A stretch of DNA of 64,000 nucleotides, from assembly GCF_009914755.1 (NCBI RefSeq), contig NC_060929.1; one strand, 5' to 3'. A program made the translations under genes and the position numbers. Positions 11,348-22,292 of this stretch are shown here, one piece after another. A model generated the notes under the pieces. It was not told the DNA's origin. It saw only the letters and a list, made by a program, of their open reading frames with translations, and did no database searches. Within the stretch, counting starts at the first letter, position 1. Each line of letters opens with the position of its first letter. This stretch comes from the human T2T-CHM13v2.0 reference genome, Homo sapiens.

Positions 11348-12710
11348 CTGCAGGGGTGAGAAGAGGAGTGTGTTAGGGAGACCCAGTGTGGCCAGCCAGG
11401 GCCCAAGATGCCTGGGCTCCCCAACCAGCCAGGCCCATATGTATGCTGTATGTGGGTGTGAGCATGTGTTGGGCACGCCTGCATGCTCCTGTGTGCTGCG
11501 CTCAGAAAGGTGGGCAGATGAGCGCTCAGGAAAAAGAAAAAGAAGCTGAGGAAACCTAACTGGGGTGTGAACACTAATCTGTCCCACCAACCTCACATCT
11601 GGTCCCACTGCCTCCCCTACTTGAGCCTGGGCTGAATTATCCTAGGTGGGATTGGGCTGCAGTGGCCACATCTCAGTCTCTATCAAAGCTCTGACCTTTC
11701 TAGTGGATGTGACCCAGTTCCCTCCCTCCTTCCCATGTTCTCCCAAGTATCTGAGGTTAAGCTTGGGAGCACGTGTGGCTTGGGCACTGAGCTGCCCACT
11801 GTGTCACCAAGGCTGCTCTGCATCAGCCCTTGCCCTGGCACTGGGCACATAGTCTGGGGTCACCAGAAGGAGCCCACCAAGTCTGCTTGCATGTAGAGGA
11901 TGGCTTCCCAGAGGAGGTGACAGTTGAGTTGAGATGGAAGCGCAAGCAAGATTTCTCCCGATGAAGTGTGGGTGGGTGTTTTGGGGAGAGGAACCAGCCT
12001 GGGCACAGGCACAGAGGCAGAAGAGAGAAAGGGTGCTGAGGGATGGGAGAGTGGTTCTCTAAAACTGAGCCGTGATGTGTAGGAGATGGGCAAACACCAG
12101 GAGCTACCCATGCAGTGCCCTGGGAAGCCGGGGGTGACCTGCTCAGGCCTGTGTGAAGGGAGAGGGAAGGACTGAGCTGGAGGGAGGCCTGGAGGCCATA
12201 TGCCTTTTAGAAAGTTGAAAACCCCCACATGGCCCATCCCGGGGGCAGCTGCCCTCACTGTGGCTCAACCCCAGGAAGTATCACATGGGGATGACGCACA
12301 GAACAGTTCACAAAGCAAAGATGAACAAAGACAGCAGATGCCACAAGGCCATTTGGCACAAGAGTCCATTTCTGGTTCTGCTGTTGCTTCTGTCTACTGC
12401 ATCTTCTGGAGAGTTTGCCATATTCATAGTGAGAAAATAAGACTTCCCAAAGAAGTTACTTGAAGAACCAAGGGTGGCCAGGATTGGCATCTCTTTTTTC
12501 TCCCTCCCAAATACCTGACTCCTGTTCCAGGTCCTTCCCTGGGCCCTCGGCCCACAGAAGTCCTGGACACTCAAGTGGGCATTTCCTGGCTTGCACACAG
12601 GAGTTGCTTATTAACACAGAGGTGCTGTTCTGTGCACAGTGAGGGACTCTGTGAGGACAGGCCCTGCACGCCATCTCGCTCAATAAAGATCTGCAGGTGA
12701 ATTCGCTTAC

Positions 12711-12743
12711 CACAGGAGCCTGGTGATTCTCTTGGCCACAGTC
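12711..12743 (-). CDS. ACSL6: ACSL6 exon 8, 33-nt small exon (DCGQENHQAPV)
   Basis: ttcttctttcag|GAC ... GTG|gtaagc; phase 0/0. Confidence 0.93.
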
Positions 12744-12781
12744 CTGAAAGAAGAAAATGCTGTTTTTAAATGCTCAAAAGT

Positions 12782-12884
12782 TCTCTCTCTCTCTCTTTCT
12801 GTCCCTCTGTCTCTGTCTCTTTCTCTCACACACGCACATACACATACACACACACACATACCCACACACACACACACCACACAC
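12782..12884. repeat. Compound (CT)n-(CA)n microsatellite just upstream of exon 8
   Basis: Directly visible. Confidence 0.9.
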
Positions 12885-13921
12885 AAAATCAGAATAAACA
12901 GCTCAGTAGGCCTTACTCCTGCACCAATCCCAGAGTTTAAGATTCCAAAGCAGCCACTGAGATGGTCATGGCAGACATGACCTCAGTGGCCTCTTCTCAG
13001 ACAGACATCTAAGCCTGAGGCTCCTGGGAGACAGGGAGGGTGACTAGAGGTTCTAGGCCACCCCACACATTACAGACAGGGAGTCTGAGCCCCAGGGAGA
13101 GGCTAAGCAAAGTGCACATGCCACCTGTATGATGGCAATCCGAGTGTGAGCATGTTGGGCTTAAAGTGCTCTTGGCACGGCTGGGCACATGCTCAGGATG
13201 CAGCAGCTGGGTGGACTAGGCTTCTGGATGAGCAGTCAGTGCTAGTGGGGCAGGTGGGGGCTGCCAGTGTAGGTCAGCTGCCAGTGCCAGGGAGGGGTAC
13301 AATGCATAGGCATTACCAGTAGAGTGGGGAGCACATAGGGAGGCAGGAGGAGGGCCTGGGGCCTAGATCCAGTAGGGCATAGTGGGGGGTCAGCTGCTAC
13401 TGGGCAGGGCCTGAGGCCTTGGAGGCCAGGATGTCCTGTGTCACCCCAGCAGACCACCAACTGCCACCAACCTGATGTCTCTGGGGAGGCCAGGCACAGA
13501 AACATCCATTCTGCTGGCCGCTGGGGGTCTGGATCACATTTGTAAGAACCTCTCCCAGACTCCTGGACCTATGTCTGTAGTCCTCAGACACAGACAGGCT
13601 GAGGCTAGCTGGAAATGAGGAAGCTCCAGAGGCTGTGTGAGTACCTCTGAGGTAAGCTGGCACCACGGTCCACCAGTCAGCACCTAGTGCCAGGCTGGAT
13701 TAACTGATCCAGCCACGGAGCCTATCTCCTAGAGGATGCCTGTGGGCACCAACCCCACCACTCACCACCAGCCCTTGCAAAGCCTGCCCTGTCTGGACAC
13801 TGATATACCCTGCGGGCCCAAAACAGCCACCCCAGGGCATGAGAGGGACAGATAACCAGAAGTTCTGACTTGGTGACCAGCCAGCAGTAGCCCAGCAAAC
13901 CGCCCAGAAGCAGACCCTCAC

Positions 13922-14100
13922 CTCCACGGCCTGCATGGACTTAATGACCACCCCGCACTTCTGCCCTCTCTCTTTCAGGGCTTCTTCGAATGGGTCCATG
14001 AGGATGATCAGCTTGAGGCCTGGAGTCTCCTTCCTCTCCACATGCTCTAGCAGAAGCACAGCCTTCTGAGGTTTGTCCACAATCACGGTGCTGATGTCCG
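13922..14100 (-). CDS. ACSL6: ACSL6 exon 7 (ADISTVIVDKPQKAVLLLEHVERKETPGLKLIILMDPFEEALKERGQKCGVVIKSMQAVE)
   Basis: ctgcag|CG ... GAG|gtgagg; 179 nt. Confidence 0.97.
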
Positions 14101-14429
14101 CTGCAGGGGGCCATCAAGGAGAGTCAGGCCATGTGGGCCCAGGTCATGAGTGCAGGCAGCATGTGCCAGGCAGCACATGCCAGGCAGCACTTCCATGGTC
14201 TGTGTGCCCATAGCTTATGTGTAAATAAATACATAAGACAGGCCTCGTGTACAGAGGAATTTGCCGTGGGTCCTGGGCGGAACCAAGGGCAGAAGGCCAG
14301 GGAACCTCCTCAAGCAGAGTCCAAGCTCCCCTTTGTTCCAGGCTCTGCCCCCATCATCCCAGGTCTGTTTGAGATATTTACCACCCCCTGCATCTGTGCC
14401 AAGCTGTCATGAACTTCAGAGGGCTGTAC

Positions 14430-14476
14430 CCTGTGTGTGGAGGCTGTTGCAGAGGCTCCTTCTTGGCAGCTGAGCC
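14430..14476 (-). CDS. ACSL6: Minor cassette exon (GLSCQEGASATAST...), 47 nt and frameshifting in this allele
   Basis: ccttccacag|GG ... AGG|gtacag. It resembles a 15-aa insertion isoform that I recall for ACSL6 (not verified). Confidence 0.55.
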
Positions 14477-14680
14477 CTGTGGAAGGAACCTTCGTGTGAA
14501 GTCTGACCAGGGACAGCTTGACTCAGGAAGCCAACTCAGGAGCCACAGTGTAAGCCCCTAGTATTTTCTGAGAGCAAAGTGCCTCTTACGAGTGTCAGAC
14601 AATCAGCATAACCTGAGAAGCTGGAGGCTGGAGGCTGGGGACCAGTTGCCAGTGGCAGGGTGGGGTGGCAGTGGGCTTAC

Positions 14681-14780
14681 CTGTATTGATGATGTAGCGG
14701 ATAGCCCCAGGGCCCAGGGTGTCATAGAGCGGGACCACCACCATGGAATATGTGTAGCAGGCCAGCTCCACAATGATCCA
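14681..14780 (-). CDS. ACSL6: ACSL6 exon 6 (WIIVELACYTYSMVVVPLYDTLGPGAIRYIINT)
   Basis: ccacag|TGG ... ACAG|gtaagc; 100 nt; ACSL-family motif VPLYDTLG. Confidence 0.97.
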
Positions 14781-15282
14781 CTGTGGAGACACATGAGGCG
14801 GGGGTGGGGAAGAAGGGGAGATTAGAGGGCTGTCCTGCCCTTAGGCCTAGGTAACCAGCGTCCCTGCTCTAAGCCCTATGCCTGTGGCAAGGAATCCATG
14901 AGGTTAATGGGTTGTGTCTGCTCACCCACAGCCTTCTGGACCAGGCCTGTACCAGAGAATTCTGTAACTCCTGGATTTCATGTCTAAACTGCCCCAAGGA
15001 CAGTTCCATGGCCTGCATGAGCCTGTTCCTCAGGTCTTTCCTCCCCATTGGCTCAAGGGGCAGCTGTTTGTAGAGCTGGGTGGGGTGTGGATGGAGCATG
15101 GCTGGGGTGGCCAGTGCTGATGAGGGGCAGAGCCAGGGTGGGAAGAGGAGTGGTGGCATAGCCCAAGGGTCTCTGTTTTTTCTTTTGTCCTGGGCCCTAC
15201 AAACAGTGAAAGCAGGACTATTCCATGGCAGCCAACCCCTACCCCACGAATCCCTCTAAAACCAGTCAAGGTAGATGCTCAC

Positions 15283-15384
15283 CTCTGGCCGATTTTGTGC
15301 AAAAACACCAATAAACTGATCAGTGCATGCTTTACAATTGTGCTGGAGAAGTCCGGACCCCAGAAATTCAGCCCTGTCGGCCAC
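15283..15384 (-). CDS. ACSL6: ACSL6 exon 5 ([34 protein letters not shown])
   Basis: gtgcag|GTG ... GAG|gtgagc; 102 nt. Confidence 0.96.
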
Positions 15385-15408
15385 CTGCACACAGATGTGG
15401 GGAAGTGA

Positions 15409-15870
<462 letters not shown>

Positions 15871-15971
15871 TGACCCTCTGAGACCCAGCAGGTGCCCACA
15901 TCCCTCCCTACCTGCCCTGAGTGCCAGATCTGAATGGGTGGCCAGGGTGGGGCCTGTCCTGTATCACTCAC

Positions 15972-16036
15972 CTCCTGGTAGGACAGCCACTGGTAAGGCT
16001 GCTTAGGCTTCCTGAAACCAAGACAGGGCCCATTCC
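15972..16036 (-). CDS. ACSL6: ACSL6 exon 4 (GNGPCLGFRKPKQPYQWLSYQE)
   Basis: ctacag|GG ... GAG|gtgagt; 65 nt. Confidence 0.96.
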
Positions 16037-16723
16037 CTGTAGAGAGATAAGAAAGCCTTGTGTCAGGGAGGGGTCAGAGTGGGTGTGCCACCTGCATCCG
16101 CCCATCAGAAACCTGGATGGACATCCCATACTGTAGTGTGTCCATGGGCCAAGTGAACTGCCCTCCTGCACTGCCAGCTACCTGTCTAATCTGCTGAAGC
16201 CCAAGAGGGCCTAAAGCACATAAGTATGGCATCATCCCAGGGATCAGGGAGGTCTGGAAATGGGGAATGATGCAGTGCCTAGTCCCCATCATAATTTGTG
16301 TGGTGATCCCTATTACAGACCCAAAGGATACAGACACCTGGGGACCACTGGGAGGAGGTGGTAGGCTGCCTCTCTTTGCCTCTTACCCTGAGAGCACCCA
16401 GACATCTCAGAGGTTCAGGTTCAGAACCATGCCAGCCAGTGGCCTGGCAGTTCAAGGCTCCCCAAGAGTATAGAGTGTGGGCCAAGTGATGGCCTAAGGT
16501 CAAGCTGCCCCAAGGGCTGGAACAAAGCTGAGGTCAGCCCTTTAGCCATATAATGCAGCTGCTTCTCTGACTGGTGGGAGAAAGGCCAGGAGTAGCTTCT
16601 CTCCACTGAACCTGGGGATAGCTCACCTGCCATGGCCCTGGTATCATGCTTGCATACCCACCCTTGCACCCACTCCACCCCTGCCACACAGCCCCTCCAC
16701 ACCCCCCCCACAACCCTTCTCAC

Positions 16724-16838
16724 CTGAGATGCTAAGCCCACGGCGGAACACCTGGTACATGGTCCGGGCATCATCATAGTAGTGGGTAAGTAGCTGAGGG
16801 CCAGACCCAATCACAGATCGCCGTGCCCCGCCACTGTC
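16724..16838 (-). CDS. ACSL6: ACSL6 exon 3 (DSGGARRSVIGSGPQLLTHYYDDARTMYQVFRRGLSIS)
   Basis: ttgtag|GAC ... TCAG|gtgaga; 115 nt; phase consistent. Confidence 0.96.
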
Positions 16839-19800
16839 CTACAAGCCAAGCACCGGCCAGAGAAGTTGGCTGAGGCAGGTAGGGGTGCCAGGAGAGGGCC
16901 GCAGCATGCACAAGGCTGTACCCAGCTCGGATGTACAACCCGTGCATGCAGTTAGCACCGTGGCATCTGTGTGCCCGCGTACACATGGACTACACACACC
17001 TGGACTGTATACACTCAACCTGCATGTAGCCACACTCCGACATAGTTGGCTCATGCATAAAGGCCGGGTATACCAGTGTCCCCACATACAAACTCCACAC
17101 ACACATACAGCATTCACACAGCAGGTCAGCATATGCAGAATGTCCAGAGTTTTCAGTTAATGTTCGTACACACCCATGTCTCATTCATACAACACAGTGG
17201 GGAGTATTGGCTGGATTCAGGAACAACCTGCCAAGGTATCTCCCATCCCATCATCTACTGCTATGCCCCTGAGTTAAGGATCAGTTGGGTGTGGTGTTAG
17301 CTAAGAAGGCTGCCACCCATCATTCACATAATGATGTGAGTTAGAGGACTGTGCTGAAGGTTCTGTCCCAGGCACAGAAGCCTAGGAGGCTAGGGAGGGA
17401 GGACAGGCTGAATTATGTTCATGTGCAATGGGGGAGGAGAGGCAGGCAGCAAGTTCCTGGGCCCAAAGTGGCACGGGTGCAGAGTGGGAAGGTGGCAAAC
17501 CCCTCTGTGCTGGTGAGTAGGGCGAGGAGCCAGCCTTCTCCTGCCTCCTCCCCTTCTACCCTGTCACCCTTCCCCAGGGTGCCCAAACCCAAACTCTCCA
17601 GTATCACAGCTCCACCTCTTCTTCAAGCACTATTTGAGCTACGCTGGGCTGGGCCAGAGCCTGCCACCTCTTGGAACAGCAGGTCTAAGGAAAAAAAACA
17701 TCTGTGAGAACCAGAAAGCAAACAGCCGAACTCAAAACCACAGGCAGCTCCCGACTGTTTTCGAGTGGAAAGTTCTGATTGGCCAGTGCTTTCAAGGACC
17801 AAGCCCACCTAAGACCTGCAAGAGAAGCTGGGACACATCCAATCAGACCCAGTTGCACTTGGGCAACAGATATGGTACAAGGAGAGACTGTATGCCAGGG
17901 ACAGAAGAGGCTCAACACTGGGCATGTGTGTTATCGATCAGCTGCCAAGCTGGGCTTCGAAGGATGGATGGGGGTTGCCGGACAGAGTGAGGAGGAGGGA
18001 ATAGCAACCCTGCATAGGCAGCACCACATGCAAATGCACCGGCAGGAGGCACAGGTGCATTTGGGGAACTGTAGGCAATTCATGGAGCTCCAGATCGCAA
18101 TGGTTGGGGAGGAGGCCAGAGAGGCTGCAGATCAAGGCAGAATCTGGACTTGAGGTTGAGGGTAATGGGGAGCCAGGAAAGGGTTTTAGGCCAGGCGAGT
18201 GACAAGATCTGAATTATTTCCCACCACACAGCAGGCACAGTCAATGCTGCCAGGCCCTGTCTGATCTGGGCCCCTCTTGCCTCTCCCATCTCATTTCCTA
18301 CCACTGTCTCCTTTGCCTACTCCGGTGCAGCCACTCTGGCTTTCTGGGCTCCTGGGGGATGAGGCAAGGGAGGATGCAGTCATTCCAGGAAGGGAGGCAT
18401 TAGCTTCATCCCATGTCCTGTCTTCCAGACCCACAAGGTGACTCACTCAGTGGCCCCTACACACGAGCCAGGGTCATCCCTCTCACCATTCTGACACCAT
18501 CCAGACCACTGTCACCTTCAACCCAGATGCCTGCAGCTGCTTTCTTACGCTTGCCCCTGTCACACCCACCTTTCTACGGCACAAACTGGCCATGTCTCTC
18601 CCTACTGAAAATCTCAAATAGCTCCACGCTGTTCCCTCTGCTGGTCCCTGCACAGTTCACAGGGCTCTGTCCTTGCTGACCTCTCCAGATGTGATATAGT
18701 CCCAAGCTTAACCAAAAACAGCTGTCCTTAGTGACTTCTCTGGGTCATCACACCCAATCTTTACCACACCTTAGAAAGCAGGTGCTCTTTTTATTACACA
18801 CTTTACAACTGAGAGCCCTGAGGCTCAGAGAGTTAAGAAACTGCCCAGGGCCATACACCTCAGAGGCACAGCCAGGCTTCAAACCCAGGACTGCCAGACA
18901 CCAAAGGCCATTCTCAACAGCACTTGGCCAGCCCATCTCTGGCCCCTCTCCACTACCTAGCGTCCCACGCAAAGCCCCCATGTGCCTCAGCACACACCTG
19001 CACCTTTGCACATACCATTCTTCCGCTGGAAAAATGCCCTGAAGATCCCAGCCCCTACCTCAACCTGCACCCTCCCCTACAAGGCAAAACATGCTTATGA
19101 TCGCCAAGGTGCACTGTCAAGAGCAAAAGGCAAGGTGCACAACAGGGTATGTGGTGGATATGAGTGAAAGCGTGGTGAGTATCTCTACACATCTGCTCAC
19201 GGCCAGGACAGAGCATTAGCAGGTTGCATCAGGGGAAGAGAACTGGGAGAGCAAGGAAGAAGACACAAGCTTTTCAGTACATTCCATTTGTTTGTTCTGG
19301 ACTATGTGGATACATTATCTATTCCAAATGAACAGAATTCAAGAGGAGAAAAAGCAAATTTTTAAAAGGCAAAAATAAATTCCATAAGCTTAATAATGAA
19401 ACACACCTCACCAGTCCTTCCAGGCTTAGCCTAGAACACCCTTGTCCACTGGCCCTTGTATCGTCTTCCCCTTGGTGGCACCATGTGTGAGTCCATGTAC
19501 TCAGGGAGAGCAGGGCCAGGAGTGGGCTGAATCCTGGGTCCCAGCACCAGACCAGGAGAGTTTGGGAGGGAATCTACCAGGAAGCTCCTCAAGAACCTGC
19601 TTAGGCTTCCTACTGCAATACCAATGAGCCAAGGCCCTCCTACCCGAGAAGCAGGCAAACTAGAGGCCCAGTGCAAGGCCCAGGTCAGGCTCTACCCAGA
19701 GGCAGTTCCTGGGAGAGGCAGAAGGAGTGCCTGGTAGGAGACCCTGCCCAAGGCTGCTGCAGAGCTAAGTGGCTGACTGCCAGGGGAGACACCTTCTCTG

Positions 19801-19902
19801 GGCCATGTGAGGTCAAATAAGCCACAAGTCTGGCTTCTACTTCCAAGATGCCTGTCCTCTGCCCCCTACTTTCCGCAGTGGAACGTCTCCTATCCTGCTC
19901 AC

Positions 19903-20123
19903 CTCTACTTCTTCTGACTGCATCAGGAGGTTGCATGGCGGCTGCAAGGCCTTTGGCCGGTGAGTGAACCAGTAGGCAAGGATGGCAGCCAGGGCACCCA
20001 TACTCACGAGGGTGGTGGCCGAGAGGCTGCGGAAAAACTGTCCCAAGTCACCTAGCTCAGGCAGTCGCAGTATCCTCAGGATCTCCTGTGTCTGCATCTT
20101 CTCCAGAAGTGAGAGGACAAACT
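19903..20123 (-). CDS. ACSL6: ACSL6 exon 2 (contains the downstream start MQTQE at 20097 and the hydrophobic anchor LVSMGALAAILAYWF)
   Basis: Acceptor ttttcaacag|AG, donor GAG|gtgagc; 221 nt. Confidence 0.97.
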
Positions 20124-22273
20124 CTGTTGAAAACAAGAGTCAGATAAGGCAAGAGACCTGACGGGCAGGTTAGGGAGGGGTCCTGGGTCACAGGACCTGA
20201 TATCTGGTCTGAAACACTGTAGGGCAGGCCCTGGGGGAGTTGGGATGTACAGAGTGCACCCCAGAAGCTGGCTACCTAGAAGGGCTTTTCCCAGGAAGAG
20301 GCCAGAACCTTCTGCCGTCACACCTGACAGTCAGATATCCTGCCCACTTTTCCTGAGAATCATACGCTCAGGCCCTGGGCCATGGCTGACAGCTGCTTCC
20401 ATATTTTCCAGGGCCACTGCTCTGGCAGCTCTGGGAATGATGCTTCCTGGACCTCAAGGCCTGGGTGCTCTGTTCTCCTGTGTGACAGCTGTCATAGCAT
20501 TTTACTTATCTTTGCTCCTGGGGTGTGGAGAAGAGGGAAGGGCAGCAGAAGTGCTCAGCACAGTGCCCAGGGGTGAAGGAATGCAGGCTCCTCCCTCTCT
20601 ACCTCTAATCTCCCAACTCCAGGCCCTGACCCTGAGTGAAAGCGAAGTGGGGGCAGGGCAAAGACCGCAGATCAGCCCTGACAGATACTCCAGTCCTCAT
20701 GATGTGAAGGTGAAGACCTATCTGACTGTATGAGCACTATGGCTCTGCACTGTCCCTCACCGACTACCAAGAGGACAACTGGCCCCACCATAACTGGGCC
20801 CTGTGCTATCCTCCCTGATCCCTTCAGCAAGTGTTCAGAGGCAAGGCAGGTGGCAGAGGAGAGCAGGTGTTAACCTGGTAGGAAGAGAAACCACGACTCA
20901 GAGAGAAATGGCTCAGCGGAGTGCTGTGTGCGCTCCCCGGGGGACCAACATCTCCTGCCATGTCACAGATGGCAGCCAGGGAGCCACCCTCACCCACTAC
21001 AGCCCAAGTGGGTACAGTGGGCCCATCAGGGAGACATGGCAGATGCCCTGGGGTAGAGAGAGGGAAGGTCTCTGTGAGAAGCACTGGAGAATGGCTGAAA
21101 GAGAAGCAGGCCCCAGGGGCCTGCGGCATCCTCCTCTCGGCCACTAAGTGAGGCCGTGTTGGCACAGCAAATACACAGCCAGCTTGGCTCAAGGGTTCTG
21201 TACCTTGCTTGGAACTGAGGAAAGTATCAAGGGTGGGCCAGGTGATGGGTGCTGGCATCCCCAATGGGACCCCCTCATGTCACTGCCTAGTAGGACTTGA
21301 GGCTAGAGGCACCTACAGGTCTGCCAGCCCAGTGATGGCAGGGTGGGCTCAAGGCTGCCCTGTACCACCCCGAGGCACCCTCCTCACAGGCCCTAAGCCT
21401 TTGGAAGCATGGCTGTGCTTCCAAGAAGGGAAACAAGGAGAATGCAACAGTGGCTACTCTGCAGCCATGGGATATGAGCCAAAAAATTGCTTGACCCCTG
21501 AGAGAGGGGAGATCTGCTGAAATCCCAATAAATGGCATTTGTGTTAAACCATAACATCATGACACCGGAGATGAAGTCAGTGATGTGCAAAGTCATTGCA
21601 GAGACACACAAAAAGCCCTTCAGTTGTAATTCCTTCTCCTTCTCTTATGAGCAATGCAAGGTTGAGCCTATCCTTCTTCTCTGAACCTCCACTTCCCCAT
21701 CTTTAAAATGAGGGCAGTACCATTTAGACATATAAAGCCCCTTGCACTGCATCTGGCATATTCAGAGGACTAAAGAGATGGTTAAAGTATATGCTTGTCA
21801 AACCAAGAGGACTGCTCAGCCCAGGACACATGAAAAGGGGTCAGGAGCAGGCCTGGTACAAGCACTGGGCAGAGGTGATTTGGCCTGCACACTGTGGCCC
21901 CACAGAAGGAGTTTATGCCCTGCAGATGGCACAGCAGGCTGAGTCCTGGGAACACTCATCAGCCACCCACAGGCTCTGGGTGAGCCTCTAGCCAAGTGTG
22001 GTATTTTCACTGAGCTCCTGAGCTGGAAATCCAGTTTTAACAGAAGCTTCCTTGAGCTGGGTCAGTTATGAGACCATCCTGGAGGAACAACCCACTCCTA
22101 GCATATCCATCCAATTCAGCTTCTGCATAATAAAGCAGAGGCCAAGTTATAGACCACAGTAGATTCACCAGGGAAAATCACTCTGGAGAAGACTCTGGGT
22201 AGGTGACTAGCTGGCCTTCTTGGGACATTTACTTCCTTAAGCTATAGATGGGAAGATGAAATCACAGCCAGGC

Positions 22274-22292
22274 CTATCAGATAAATGACTCA
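22274..22292. promoter_or_regulatory. Compact double GATA plus AP-1 element
   Basis: CTATCAGATAAATGACTCA. Confidence 0.4.

Noticed and set aside
10845-11549. Longest ORF in the track (234 aa, + strand)
   Set aside because: It lies antisense to ACSL6 exon 9, starts within a MIR fragment, does not begin at an ATG and has no recognisable domain. It is a chance ORF in GC-rich DNA.
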